Assembly: GCA_973895155.1 (NCBI GenBank)
Contig: OZ316893.1
Location: 8,555,739 to 8,619,738 of the forward strand
Length of the DNA: 64,000 nt
Direction of reading: 5' to 3'
From: Marsupella aquatica
Taxonomy: Eukaryota; Plantae; Marchantiophyta
Both the position numbers and the translations under genes were made by a program. Positions 51,657 to 64,000 of this stretch are shown here, one piece after another. The stretch's first letter is position 1, and each line of letters opens with the position of its first letter. The notes beneath the pieces are model-generated. The model saw nothing but the letters and a program-made list of their open reading frames with translations. It did no database searches and had not been told where the DNA came from.

Positions 51657-54600
51657 TCATGGTGGACGGGGTGGGACCGGGGGGACTTGTAGCCTGTCCA
51701 CGTGTAGCGTCCACAACCCTGCATGAGCCCCATAGTCAAAACACATGTCCTGATAAGCTCTCTCCGAGGTGGTCTTCCCTATCCGGATCCTAGCACGATG
51801 TTTGGTCCAGTCCCTGCGCAGGTACACTCCTACAAAATTGTGAATCGGTTGTAAGTTGAGCGTGGTATTACCGGTGTGTGAAGCCAAGCAAAGAGTGTAC
51901 TGAGCCCAGTTCCAAATGACCTGGGAGACTGGGCAGCTCCAAATGCAATGGCTTATGTACGTCCTCCTGTTGCATCAAGTTGCATCGGGTGCACCAGGTT
52001 GACTCGTCATGAACTGGGAGCTATGGGTTCTGCCAATGTTGCGTTGCAGGAATCCGGTACAGAAGCTGCCAAAGGTAGCAATTCTCTGATGCTGCCCTGA
52101 AAGTCATCCATGTGTTGCTCCATAGTGTCATGGGGGCTGGGCACCAATGCAACAGTGTAGCCCATTTAGTCAAGGCCTTGTGAAGTCCAGTCCTCGCATG
52201 TCCCTGGAGCTTTCTGAGATGCGCAGTACAAGTATCAATGAATGGTGTACCATCACTCCAATGGTACTGTAGGAGAATAGCGAGGTCTCCAGTGGGGTTA
52301 CCAATGCGCTGCCTAATAGTGTTATTGGCCCCGGAGGTCCTATCAGCACACGAGAAAGTACAATGTTGGCCGGTGGTGAAGAGTGTGTTGATTTGTGGAG
52401 GTACCATGATTTGTGGACCATGAATGTGTTCACTGGATTCGATGTGTCCTAAAATTGTTGCCAATTCGAGGTGATGTGTTTCCGCTGCACCTTGAATTCC
52501 CAAATCCAATGTGATTGACCCGGGAGAGTAGCTTCCATGAACAATGGTTCCGTTTGTTCCCTGCAGTCGTCAAGCTCTGGCACAGACCTGAGGTTAGCAA
52601 TCAATTTCCTGAATGCCATTACACAATTCCGTGGGAGTATTTGCCCAGGGCCCTCTTCCCAGGATAAGAATCCCCCATCATTGGTGAGAACATCGCTCAA
52701 AACCACCAAACCAGCTTGACGCAACCGCCGCTGAGGGTTTGAAAGGCACTTCGCCTGGTTAGCGTGAATATGGATGAGGTGGGGTCTCCACAGTGGCAGG
52801 TTACGCCATCCCTCCAGGTGTGCTGGTGCAGAGGGTCGTAGGTGCTTCTTGATCACATTCCATCCGGTGCAAATGTTTGACCACACCTTGGATCCTCCTG
52901 ACGGCATTGTGTAGCAGGGTGTGAAGACCCAAGTGAGTCCTGAACACCCCATTTCTTCCCTGATAGCTGCCGCAAGTACATTTGCAGGATTCTCCTGAGA
53001 GGGTGATCTGCCTCAGCTAAAGCCCAAACGATAAAACCACCTGCAAGAGCTCTGAACTGTGCTGGAATAGAGATTAGCCCTAGCTCCTGGATCTCGTAAT
53101 AGTGGCAAGGTCCACCCGAGATTGGGCCTTCTCATTCTGACCAGCCCAAACAAACGAGGTGATCTTCTTCTGTAAAGCATCCAACGTCTTTGGATGGCCG
53201 GCCCATACTATGAGGAAGTACCAAATAGTGCTCATGATCAAGTGGTTAGCAATAGTGACACGACCGATAAGGGACTCAGATCTCTTACGGATCCGGTCAA
53301 GTCGAGATTCCAGCCGATCCGACAGAGTTTTGATTAGTTGCTGCTCAGAGATGTGTTGCACCATGGGAATACCAAGCATTTTTGAGGCACTTGCATCATT
53401 CTCCCAAGTCCACGGGAGGGCTTGGAATTCCACAGGTATGGATCCAGATGGTACGAAAGCTGCCTTGGTTTGTTCCCAAATGCAGTGAAGCCCAGACGCC
53501 AATCCAACTAAAAGCAATTGTTGACGGCTGAACTGTACAAATCTCATGTTGGCCCTCAGTAGCAGTGCGACATCATCGGCAAAGAAATTGTGCACGTTGT
53601 GTACCCCAATTGAAGGGATTCTAACTCCTTCCAAATCCCCCTGGTCCACCGCCTTGAGAAATATCTTACTAAGGGCATCAATGGCAATGATAAACAACAG
53701 GGGGGAGAGTGGGCAGCCCTGTCTCACCGAACGTTCCAAGGAAAAGGGGGCAGCCATTTTGCCATTGAGCAAGACAGCAGATGTGGCCGAACAGAAGCTA
53801 GCGCGAAGAAATTGCAAAATTAGCCCATCGAATCCTACCTTTCCATCAGCATCAGAAGGAATCCCCATTCAAGTTTATCGAAAGCCTTAGCCACGTCTAA
53901 TTTCATTAGAATGAATTGCAGCCCCGAGGATTCAGCACGGTGGAGGAGCTCATTTAGGAGTAGCAGAGAGTGATGAATGTTACGCTCGGGTAGAAATGCA
54001 AATTGTTGGGGTGTGATAAACCGTTGCAGGACAGGGATGAGCCGTATCTGCAAGGCCTTTGCTCCAATCTTGTAAATCACATTCAATAAGGTGATGGGCC
54101 TCTTGTTCGTGAGCCGGCGCTGATCATTCTTCTTGCATAGAAGAATAATAAATCCCCTAGTGAACTCAGAATTGAAATTGCCCTCAGTCATGCCATGTTG
54201 AATCGCCTTGTGTAGCAGGGGTCCCACTGTTTGCCAATGGGCCACAAAAAACTCGACCGGGGTTCCATCTGGGCCGGGACATTTGTTAGATGCAAGAGCC
54301 CGAGCAGCGTTGCCCAATTCCTCCACTGTCAATGGAAGGTTCAAGTCTACACGATCTTCAAGAGAGATGGTCTCATTCTGCATGGAAAGAACCTGAGTCA
54401 AATGATCCGGGTGACAACCTGCAGATGTACCCAAGATGTCCGTGAAGAAAGTAGTGGCCACCGTAGCCATCTCTTGCCAACCCTTCACCACCTGCTCGTC
54501 CTTATCAAGGAGTTGGTGGATTTCATTGTTCATCGCTAAGCCCTTGAAGGATTTAAAGAAGAGCCTGGAGCACTTGTCTCCATCTTCAATCCATCTTGAT

Positions 54601-55786
54601 TGGATAACAAAATCCATCCCCCGAACTCGATCAGCATCAAACTCATGGATGAGGGCCTCAGCCTCCCTGACATTCGCCTGCGCATGACAGTCTTGAGTGT
54701 GTGATTCAAGGTGTCGCTGTGCCTGGGACAGGTTGTTGCGCAGGATTGATTCCTTGAGGCGTCTCTCCTTTGCCCTCCTCTTGCCCCAACAATGATCAAT
54801 CTTCCTAGCAATCTTGATGCAGTGGGAGCTAGAGTGACATCCGGTGTTAAACCAGTCCGGTCACAGCGTTCCACCTCCTCCGCCCACATACCGGAAATCC
54901 ATTCTTGGTATGGCAACAGTTGTTGGTGCGCCGTGTTCATCCTGTGCTGAGAAGCTCAGCTGACGCCATTGGCTGGGCGAATTGTAGCACACACCGGGGC
55001 ATGATCGGACATGGGTATACCAGGCAAGATTGTAGAAGTAATGTTAAATCTGGAATTCCGTTCCTTGGACCAAGAGTATATCCGGTCCAAACGCCTGATC
55101 ACTCTATCCCCCCATGGACCAGCTTGTGCTTGGGGATCATGGCGATGTCTTCTCTTGTTGTCCCAGCTAAATTTCAGGTGCCCCGGGAGGTGTTGGAATG
55201 TATCCTCCAGGTGGAGTTTGCGCTTCAGATGACGCCAAGCCCTCATCTCGCTGCCAGACAAGGTGTTGCTTAGCCCTCCCCTCTGATCAGTCCTGCTTTC
55301 GATCATATTGAAGTCCCCCATGACGATCCAGTTACATGAGTGATCCAACAAGTTGAAAAGTTCTCTCCACAAATCAGTCCGCTCCCTAGGTGAATTCGGG
55401 CCGTAAATTCCTAGGAAACCAATCTTTCCTGTAACAGTGTGGTCAATGCACACCCAAACTGCTCGCTTGCTGGGTAGAACCCCTTCCTCGATGATGAAGG
55501 GTGCCAACGAATTGTGGATCCCAATTGCCAGTCCGCCCACCCCAGCCACAACATTTTGATTCCTGGTGGCATGCGCTCCATCCAATGCAGGGGCATAAAC
55601 CCAGTGTGCAGCGGGCCAGACCTCTTGTTGAATCCTCTGAACCCTACGCTCCCTGAGTTTGTGTTCCTGGATACACAAGACATCAGGTCTGCATTGGAGC
55701 CCCTCCAAATTGGATCAAGCTCGGAGACGTCGCCTCCTTGATGCCAGCCCCCTGAGGTTGTAAGTCATCAAATTCAGCTGAGACAT
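51657..55786 (-). pseudogene. L1 ORF2 (APE endonuclease, RT, C-terminal zinc finger), disrupted
   Basis: MTYNLRGL, LCIQEHK, IYGPN, MGDFN, RLDRIY, SDHAPV (APE); KCPGPDG, RPITLLN, KLDVAKAFD, VRQGCPLSP, FADDV (RT); CTRC...HCIWSCP. Split over at least seven ORF fragments by stops and frameshifts. Confidence 0.93.
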
Positions 55787-57420
55787 GGCGGGGTGTTATG
55801 TATCTTCGTGATGCGACCTCCGGAGGGAGCGTGTCTTGGGACGTGTTGGCCACTGTCGGGTGGAACAAATCCGCACAAGGCACCGTAGCAATGGGGTCAG
55901 TTTCTGTGTCTGATGATGTTTTAGGCTTGGGACGTTTGCGAATGGTGACGTTTTCTTTGGACGTCCCAAAATCAGGGGAACAGGAGGGCAGGGCAATTGG
56001 TGTTGCTGGATTGGTGGGGGTTACATCCTGAGAGGGAGCATCCAGCACTTCCATTGGGCTGCCGAGGGATGGCACCGCACACAGAGGTTTAGGAGTCCAA
56101 ACCTTCTTCAGAGGCCGACGTGGATTGTAGTTTTGTGTTGTGGATTTGTGGCTTCCCACGGGATACACAGCGGTGACATTAAGAGCATTAGCACCGTTTT
56201 CCTCTGGTCCTTTGCTCTTTTGTGGCCTGGTGTGACACTCCGGGGTAATGTGTTGTCCTGGAGTTGCACCAGACAGGGGGAGTGCCTGCGCCTGACTCAG
56301 TCCTTGCCCTGAGTGCGATGGTTGTCGCCTCCGGTTTCGTTTGGTGCTGAGTGATTTGGAGGTGTCTCCGTGTCATGAAAATGATGTTCGTAATACCCCT
56401 TTCACAGCTGGTATCACAGCTAAATCCTCCGCTCGTCGGGCTAAATGCTACAGCTCCTCCACTTCTCGTTGTTGTTGTTCTTCAGCTTGCTCCTGCCAAT
56501 AGTCAGCTACCTCTTTTGCACGACGGGCTTTCGCTTGGTATTGTTGAAAAGCCTCGGTATCCAGACGTTGTTTCTTCACAGTGTTGGTCCGGAGTCGTTC
56601 TGCCCCTCCCGAGGCATTGAGGGAGATGTCTTGATTTGCCAGGAGAGGGGGTCTCTTCTGCGTGCAACTGGATGCAAGGTGTCGATAGGAGAAGCAATAG
56701 CAGCAACAAAGATTTTGGCCAATGTAGTCAAAATGAATAGTAGTGACGCCAGGGCCACTGAGTTGGAATTTACCTTGGGCCGGGAACACCTTCAGTGAGA
56801 GTGGATTCCACAATCACTGAAATGTGGTGCCTTTCAGTACCAGGTGCCAATTTCGCCCGGATAAAAGTTCCCACCAGCGCTGCCACAAAACGAATGTATT
56901 CGTATATCTCAGGGCTTCCTTGCTTGATGTAAAGGGTGACGAGGTGTTTGAAATTTGCTTGGTTACAGGGGTCGAAAGTGGGAGTGTAGTCGTTGACAGA
57001 AGCCAATCGATCCAGGGCCTTGAGAGGTGATGCTTTTAGGAGCTGGTCCTTGATGCCATCTCCCAAATTGTTATCAAATTGCACCACAAAGAGCGCATGG
57101 GGGAGTTCATCGTGCAGCGCCAATTTTGTCACGTTCTCCTGGTTGTAAGCCGCAATCCAGTCCCTAGCTTGACTGGAATCAAATTCAGATTTGAAACCAA
57201 GCACCACCTTGTTGCCAAAAATCCGTCGGTTCCCGGATTGCAAGATCTCCTGTGGAATGCAGTGTATTACTGGGGTGTCCACTGTGGGAGCCAAATCCGA
57301 GCTTTCCTTTCCCCTACGCCGCTGGCTGCCGGATTGCACAGAGGTCCCTACATTCCGTGTGGAGGCCGTTGATCGGCCAGAAACTGAACCCGTGTTTTTG
57401 TTGGATCTGACGCTGGCCAT
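55683..57420 (-). pseudogene. L1 ORF1 (gag-like, CCHC zinc knuckle), disrupted
   Basis: MASVRSNK... frame, frameshift near 56800, then CCYCFSYRHLASSC (Cx2Cx4Hx4C), a stop at 56448 and a low-complexity tail. Confidence 0.8.
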
Positions 57421-59375
57421 GCCCGTTGAGAGTGGGTAAAACGGGGGTGGAAGACTCCCGTTGACGGCACGATGGTGGGGTGGCAGAGTCAAAATTGTAA
57501 TCAGCTTGTTGTTTCAGTGTCTGTAGAAGCAATAGGTACCGCCGGAGGCCCAAAAAACGCGGTGTTGAGTGGGAGGAATCAATCCCGGAAGCTCAGCCTC
57601 AACTGCACATGCCAAGAATCGCCTATGTAAAATGCATTAGGAATCCCACCGGCAGGCCGAGGCAAATCCAGATAGAGCCCCTGGACGAACTTGCAGGTCG
57701 AATAGTGATGGATTACTGGGTAGACGATCAGCGTCTCAGTTTTGTGACTGACAGAACCTGAGGTTTGCGGATCGAAAACGCAACATCCATTCAAACAGGG
57801 CCAAAAACCTTAGTAAAACGTTGAGTTTGTAGTATGCGGGGTTTACTGAACGTTGCACTGCTGCGAGTCGCAGGGTGTGTAATTTTCCGGATTACCCTAC
57901 TTACTCTCAGATAGCTGTTAATGTAAGACAAAATGCCCGGGTAATCCCAAAGGAGCGGTTAGGGGCACTCAGGACCTAATTCTGGCGCTAAAGGCCAGAG
58001 AATTTTGAAAAAATTATCGCGAACGGTCTGGCCGCCTGTCAGATGGGTAAAAGGTCCCCAACATTCACTCACTCCCTCCCCTGAAGAAAAAGCTAAGTGT
58101 CCAAGGGAACGGGTCAACTCTCACTCTCCCCTCCGTCCTCCCTCTGTGAACTACGGAGCGCTACATCGGGCCGAACCAACATGAGGAGAACTTAAGAGGC
58201 TATGTATTCATGTTCTTCAACATCATTTCTCTCGCTGGTGGTGGTGGAACCTTTGGTTTCATCTCTAATAAAACACATACTGTGAAAAAAGGGGGACTGC
58301 CAAAATAAGTTCAAAACACTCTAGAATACCTAAAACTAAAACGGTCTAAAAATTAATAAAAAATGTATAGAATACAAAGGCTGCCCCTTGTTAAGGCAGA
58401 TTGAAATGAAAATACATGACACAAAAATCTGAATAAGACAAAATCTGAATTGTGCATTCACCATATAGCAGCTTCAAAAAATTCAAATGTCCATGTGCTG
58501 TAATATACTGTTGTGCACGAAACAGTTATTAAAATAATGCAAGACAAAAATCTTATAGTTTTGTTTTAATTTCTAATTTTAAAAACTCTATCTACATTGA
58601 AAATTATGTTTGCACCAGGATCCTGGGTCACAAGGACCCCCCAAAATTTCCATAATTATTTATTTGGTGTGCCAACTGAGATGCCACTATGGTGAATCCA
58701 CCATTCATATTTTGTCTTATTCAGAATTTTGGTGTCATGTATTTTTATTTCAATGTGCCTTATCAAGGGGCAACCTTTATATCATATACATTTTTCATTA
58801 ATTTTAGACGTCTTTAATTTTAGGTATTCTAGAGTATTTTGAACTTATTTTGATAGCCCCCTTATAACTTTTGAAGTTTGTGATCTCTTAGATATGAAAC
58901 CAACCCTCCACCACTTGAACAAAGTATTCTCATGAGTGAGAAGAATGATTCTGAATAACATGAACACATAGTGTTAAGTTTCACTCATGTCTTTCTTTCC
59001 TAAGTTTATGGTTTTTATTGAAATAAGTGTCATTCTAATTAGGTGCACAAATTAGGATTTCTATACTTTTCATTGGTCATTGCGCTTTTTGTGGCAAACA
59101 CTTTACTTACATTATTATTAAATTAAATGCACAAATCCTAGCATCTTTGTGTGGTAAAACTTGACTATATTTTTCATTGGTCAGTGTGCTTTTCTTGGCA
59201 GACACTTTGCTTAAATTATTTTATCCTTCTAATTATACTCTCATATTATATTTACTTTCAGATCACTACAAGGCTTTATATGGTATAAACTTATTACACT
59301 GCTAAAGAATGAAAGCTGAGACAAAAGATCCAAAGAAGACTCTTCCTAAAATTTTAGGAAGAAAAATTTGAAAAT

Positions 59376-59511
59376 TAGCAGTGTAAAATTTTAGGAAGTA
59401 AAGTGTTGGTATTTTTTGGCGAGCGAATGCCTAACAACCTAGGAGGGTAAATTAGTAGTCCTTGGTGGGGACCCAGCATACACTTTTCTTCCTAAAATTT
59501 ACACGCTGCTA
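59376..59511. mobile_element. Small MITE-like inverted repeat
   Basis: tagcagtgtaaaattttaggaagtaaagtgt ... acacttttcttcctaaaatttacacgctgcta, with TA at both ends. A related palindrome tcttcctaaaattttaggaaga lies at ~59341. Confidence 0.6.
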
Positions 59512-59967
59512 GATCTTCAATGATGAAAGGGAAACCATTCGATCCTGAGTTATGGGCCAGGAACAAACTTGCATATTCCTATCCACCAATGCTCCCATTG
59601 ACATCAGCTATCCAATGTTCTTGGAAAGTTAAAGCAAAATAATCTCATATCAATGCGAAGCAAAACAAAAATGCTTGTCACCACACCAAAGACATGAATG
59701 CAAAGGAGTTTTCACGACATCAAAATATGACATATATGATGTACGACACCCCTGCATACCGTGATAATCCTAGTTTTTTTCTTTCAATCAATGAATGCAA
59801 CCACATTTTGATGTGTGATTACCAGTAGAGAGTTTTCACACTTGTTATAACTTGGACCATTAGGTAGGACCCCTACTAGATCAAAGTTTCAAATGATGGC
59901 TTTCAGGCAAGATGGTCCCTTACAACACCTCTCACCGGACTTGCCAACAACATCATCAGAGTTTGAT

Positions 59968-60291
59968 TACTATCTTCCCCTAAACACAACGTCATGCCAT
60001 TGTGCTCAAAAATGGAAAGTTTTGCCTGGGTCCTATAACAAAAAAATTGAACTCAAACACAACTTCTATTAACACAATGCCCTGACATTGACTGTGTTTG
60101 AGTTGGAGTTGTGTTCAAGTTTTGACCCTAATTGTTAATACATTGAACACAACGCCCATTTTTGAACACAACGTCTATTTTTGAACACAATACAAAAAAT
60201 GAAAACATACTATCAAAACTCAAATACAACATCCCGGGCACTATTCTAATACAGCGCCTCATGGCCCACTTTGTGTTTGGGGAAGATAGTA
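59968..60291. mobile_element. MITE-like element with about 20-bp TIR and TA flanks
   Basis: ta-ctatcttcccctaaacacaa ... ttgtgtttggggaagatag-ta, with many internal aacacaa / ttgtgtt motifs. Confidence 0.7.
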
Positions 60292-61188
60292 GTTTGTCCT
60301 CAATCATGTAAATCTCTTATGAATTTTTTCCTTTGAGTTTGTACAAGTGGTTATGAGGCATTAACCCCGTGTGAGGCCAGAGAACCCTTGGGCCAGCCTG
60401 GCCCGGGATTATAGTATTTGAAAATGCACCTTTAACTTTTTACATGGTAAGGTGCAAGTGGAGCCCTGGCTGAGGACTGCCAAAGTGAGAAAAGAAAACA
60501 CTTTCAAATATTCATGAGACATTTTGTTTTAATTTCCTTTTTAAAGGGAAACCTGTGAAACCCCACGAAAGGGAAAAGTCAGCCACAATAGTTGGGAAGA
60601 GTCAGTTCACAACAGTTGAATCCAAGACCTATCAGTCTCTACTCAAGTGAGCTACCACAAAGTCATATATGCCTATGGGCAATATTCATGAGACATTAAA
60701 TATGCTTGGTAACTAACCCCCACTTGGGGTTAATGGGCTGTAAACCCTCGGGCTCACCCTCCTCCGTAATTACATCCCACTACCCACTCTTGGTGGAAAC
60801 CAGTATTTATTTGCAAATGCGGTGCCACTATTTGACACTGTGAAATACAGTCTTGCAATCTATTTATATTTTTTAAATTTTTGTTTGGACAGAAAAGGCC
60901 TTAAAGACACATAGGTTGGTTCCGGAGATAAGGAGTAGACACTCAAATCATAGTGTGATGGAAAACGGATAAAGTACTCTGAAAAAATTGTAAATAGTGA
61001 TACGGTAAAAATTGAATGTCTGGTATCTGCCCATCAAAGTTTGGTGAGTCAATCCAAGCACCTTGTCAAACTTTTGTGTATCTTCAGGCTTTTCTTTTCT
61101 TTGTTGGAATGTCTATTCTTTGACCTGAGGTAGCAATACTTGTGTCACGTCACTATTCAACAGAATGGGAAATACTGCTCTGTCTTTT

Positions 61189-61624
61189 AGTGTCTGGCTA
61201 CTCTTGGTTGCATGAAGAGAGATTATTGTTTATCTTTCAAGCTACTTCTGGTAAGTTCTCTAATATTTGTTGTATAGACATAAAATCATGTAGGCAAAAG
61301 TGTCTTGCTACTCTTGGTTGCATGAAGAGAGATTATTATTTTTATCTTTCAAACTACTTCTGGTATGTTCTCTAATATTTGTTGTATAGACATAATCATG
61401 TAGGCAAAAGTGTCTGGCTACTCTTGGTTGCATGAAGAGAGATTATTGTTTATCTTTCAAACTACTTCTGGTATGTTCTCTAATATTTGTTGTATAGACA
61501 TAATCATGTAGGCAAAAGTGTCTGGCTACTCTTGGTTGCATGAAGAGAGATTATTGTTTATCTTTCAAACTACTTCTGGTATGTTCTCTAATATTTGTTG
61601 TATAGACATAATCATGTAGGCAAA
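61189..61624. repeat. Tandem repeat, 4 x 108-110 bp
   Basis: agtgtctggctactcttggttgcatgaagagag...catgtaggcaaa starts at 61189, 61299, 61409 and 61517; copies are near-identical. Confidence 0.97.
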
Positions 61625-62167
61625 TGCGTTCATAACACACAGACCAGGCTGGCGGATGTGTCCCATGGGGACTATCAGGTCGCTCCAAAAATAGTTATTG
61701 AAATATTTTCTGAAGGACAAAACTTTAAGTAGTGCATTTAAGTAAATGTTACACAATGCATATTTTATTCATTTTACAAGTATTTTGATATACAACATTG
61801 ATTATCAGTGTATACATTGCTTTTAAAGTAAACCGTGGAACCTAGGCAGTTACTCATGGCATTGCGCTATATTCGGAGGGGAAAATTGTTAACTTTGCAC
61901 ACAAAGCATGTGCAAATGTGATCATCCCTGGGGTAATATGAGGGCTGGTAAGACAGAAAGGTAAAATTTTCAAGATGTACTAGACGGTTGGTGTAGGGTG
62001 ACCCACGGCACAGAGGGGGATATATATATATGGGGACCACTGAACACGAAATCTTTGAGCTCTTTCATCTCGATCACTTACATCAGCCTTGGCCCGGACA
62101 GACTCGAGAGTCGACAGTCGGACGAGAAGACAGAAACGGAGCTATCTTCCACCATAGTTCGCGCAAT

Positions 62168-62910
62168 TCATGCGTTCACTGTATTCCTCACATCAATCCA
62201 CATGCATGCAGTCGGCGTGGGACCGGCTGCCCCGTCCGCAGCATGACTACTCGGAACGCTGCAACTCAAGGTATTGAATGACACATTCATAACTCTACCG
62301 AGTGTGTCAAAAACATCGACGACATACTGACCATACTTGGAGCATGCTTGGAGTACTATTGAATTCATTCCGAATTCTGATTCGAGATCCCCTAAAGCTT
62401 CTGAAAACACCGAGTTACATGACGAAGCCGGGCCTCCATGATGAACAACTGTATATTTGTCCAGTGATTCTTCATGTCAAGACTTCCAGTGCGTCGACGG
62501 CCGAACATGGGCCTCTGAATCCCCACTGGCACTATCCGTCTAATGTTAGCGCGAGCCCAATGCTAATCTGTAGTCGAGGTCAGCGCTCGTTCGTAGTCCG
62601 CAAGCAGAACGTCAAGAGGGGATCCGTACATAATGATCAACAAGGGATTTTGGCCACAGGCTTCCAGGAGCTCGAGCATATCCTCGAGATCTGCTTTAAT
62701 TCCAAGCGGGGCCTCAGCTTCTGACGAAGTAGACGAAACTGCATTCTTCAGCAGCACAACCCGGTGGACTCGGAGGCGATTTGAGTACGGGCTGAGTTGG
62801 ACCGTCGCTACGAACTGTACAACGTACAGAGCTGCCGAGAATATGTTTCCGAGAGACGCCAGGGCAGAAACAAATGCGAGACATGTCACCACAACATCGT
62901 AGAGACCCAT
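62168..62910 (-). pseudogene. Unidentified coding-like or degenerate gene segment, possibly an NB-ARC remnant
   Basis: GC-elevated segment with a 115-aa ATG ORF (62910-62563) and an 80-aa ORF in another frame. LLEACGQNPLLIIMYGS loosely resembles the NB-ARC GLPL motif; no P-loop or kinase-2 motif was seen. Confidence 0.25.
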
Positions 62911-63873
62911 CCTGGAGCTGCGACTGCCGCTCGCCAGATGTAGTACAGAGTTCCACGGTAATGATTAAGAAGACGCACAACAAATGGAAAGCTTGAGTTG
63001 CCTACCGGGCAAGATGCATCGAAATCAATACTATTTAAACATTAAGGTGGCAGCAGAACCAAAACATCAGAATGCAACAAACAGTTTGGATCGATACTAA
63101 TACTAGAGCAGAAATTGTAACAGTACGAGTAGACGCTGATATGACAGAAGAACTTGAAAGCTCAAAGATCATACCACACACCATAGTCTCTCGCCTTGTT
63201 CACCCAATTTCACTCATCCTACTGAGTGATGGTTCTGATCATCCCTTGTCAGGTTATATAGACGTATGATGGACGGGGGATCGCGACTGGAACAGCCGCC
63301 GTCGGTCTTTCGAACACCCGTACTATAATCACCTGCAAGCATGAAAAGAAGTCAACCGACGCAAGGTCACTTCAGGACTATGGCCTATCGGTCGGTGCAA
63401 CCATCGAGGTGGGGAGGCGATTCACTTGGGTGTTTTCATCTTAGTAATAAAGCCCAGAGAGAAGCTGAAGCCTCTAGTCCCTAACTTGGGGGTGCAAGTG
63501 CTTTGGTGGGGTGCAAATGAAAAAAGGGTGCTAAGAAAGGGGAACTGGGTTTAGAGTAAAGGTTTTGAAATGAAGTAACACAATGGTGCCGTGTGCTGCG
63601 TTCCTCTCTTACACGTTCGAGCTGCTTGTGCTGCGCTCGCATAGCTCACCTCTATTCACATTCAAAGAACGAGTGGTTGGGCTAGTTTCGAATGAAAGAA
63701 ATTAGAACTGGGACGAAGAAATTGCGCAGCAACTGTACCTGGGTAGTCGTTTTCTGACGGTCAGTCAGTCAGTGGCTTGACTGTTTTTCAATGAAGACAA
63801 ACGACAAACGAGCATGACAATCCAACAGTATGCAGGCCTGAGAGGTTCTCTTGTCATGCAGACCTGAGAGATT

Positions 63874-63986
63874 CTCTTGGTGGGACCTCGAACGAACACA
63901 GCCTTACTCAACTAATCAACCAACCAAACCCACTAAGTCTGAAATGTGTCTTGGTGGGACCTCGAACGAAAACAGTCTTACTCAAC
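63874..63986. repeat. Direct repeat, period about 75 bp
   Basis: tcttggtgggacctcgaacgaa.acag.cttactcaac occurs twice; the array may continue past the window end. Confidence 0.8.
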
Positions 63987-64000
63987 CCACCAGACCCACT

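Larger units (their letters stand above)
51338..58177 (-). mobile_element. Full-length L1-type LINE, about 6.8 kb, disabled
   Basis: Perfect 16-bp TSD AACATGAGGAGAACTT (51322-51337 and 58178-58193). Short poly(A), seen as the T-run 51336-51343. 5' UTR, ORF1 and ORF2 are in order. Confidence 0.95.
51132..59272. mobile_element. Foldback element with long inverted arms, interrupted by the L1 insertion
   Basis: Left arm 51132-51337 plus 58194-58465 is the imperfect reverse complement of right arm 58688-59272, e.g. cttgtactgatctgaaagtaaata / tatttactttcagatcactacaag and aaaccataaacttaggaaagaaa / tttctttcctaagtttatggttt. Confidence 0.85.

Overview
Eukaryotic nuclear DNA from a land plant; gene and transposon style suggest a non-seed plant such as a bryophyte, but that is inference. 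Three intact intron-containing housekeeping genes are present: DNA polymerase kappa (+, 11730-16525), an ER-type P2A Ca2+-ATPase of the ECA family (-, 23110-18529) and SART3/Prp24 (-, 50627-43618). They are separated by repeat-rich intergenic DNA. The main mobile elements are: (1) a 5'-truncated CRE-like non-LTR retrotransposon with an uninterrupted RT plus restriction-like endonuclease frame (~27975-31390); (2) a 133-bp 3'-end copy of that element with a 9-bp TSD (34782-34914), where both copies abut a TTTT[C/G]AGTT motif; (3) a full-length, disabled L1-type LINE (51338-58177) with a perfect 16-bp TSD, inserted into one arm of a foldback element just upstream of SART3. There are also several MITE-like inverted-repeat elements, candidate solo LTRs, tandem repeats and an unidentified degenerate coding-like stretch near 62-63 kb. 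No CRISPR array, tRNA or rRNA was seen. I cannot show an undescribed system from sequence alone; the best lead is the apparent target-site preference and tail-less 3' end of the CRE-like family. Coordinates were indexed by eye and may be off by a few bases.
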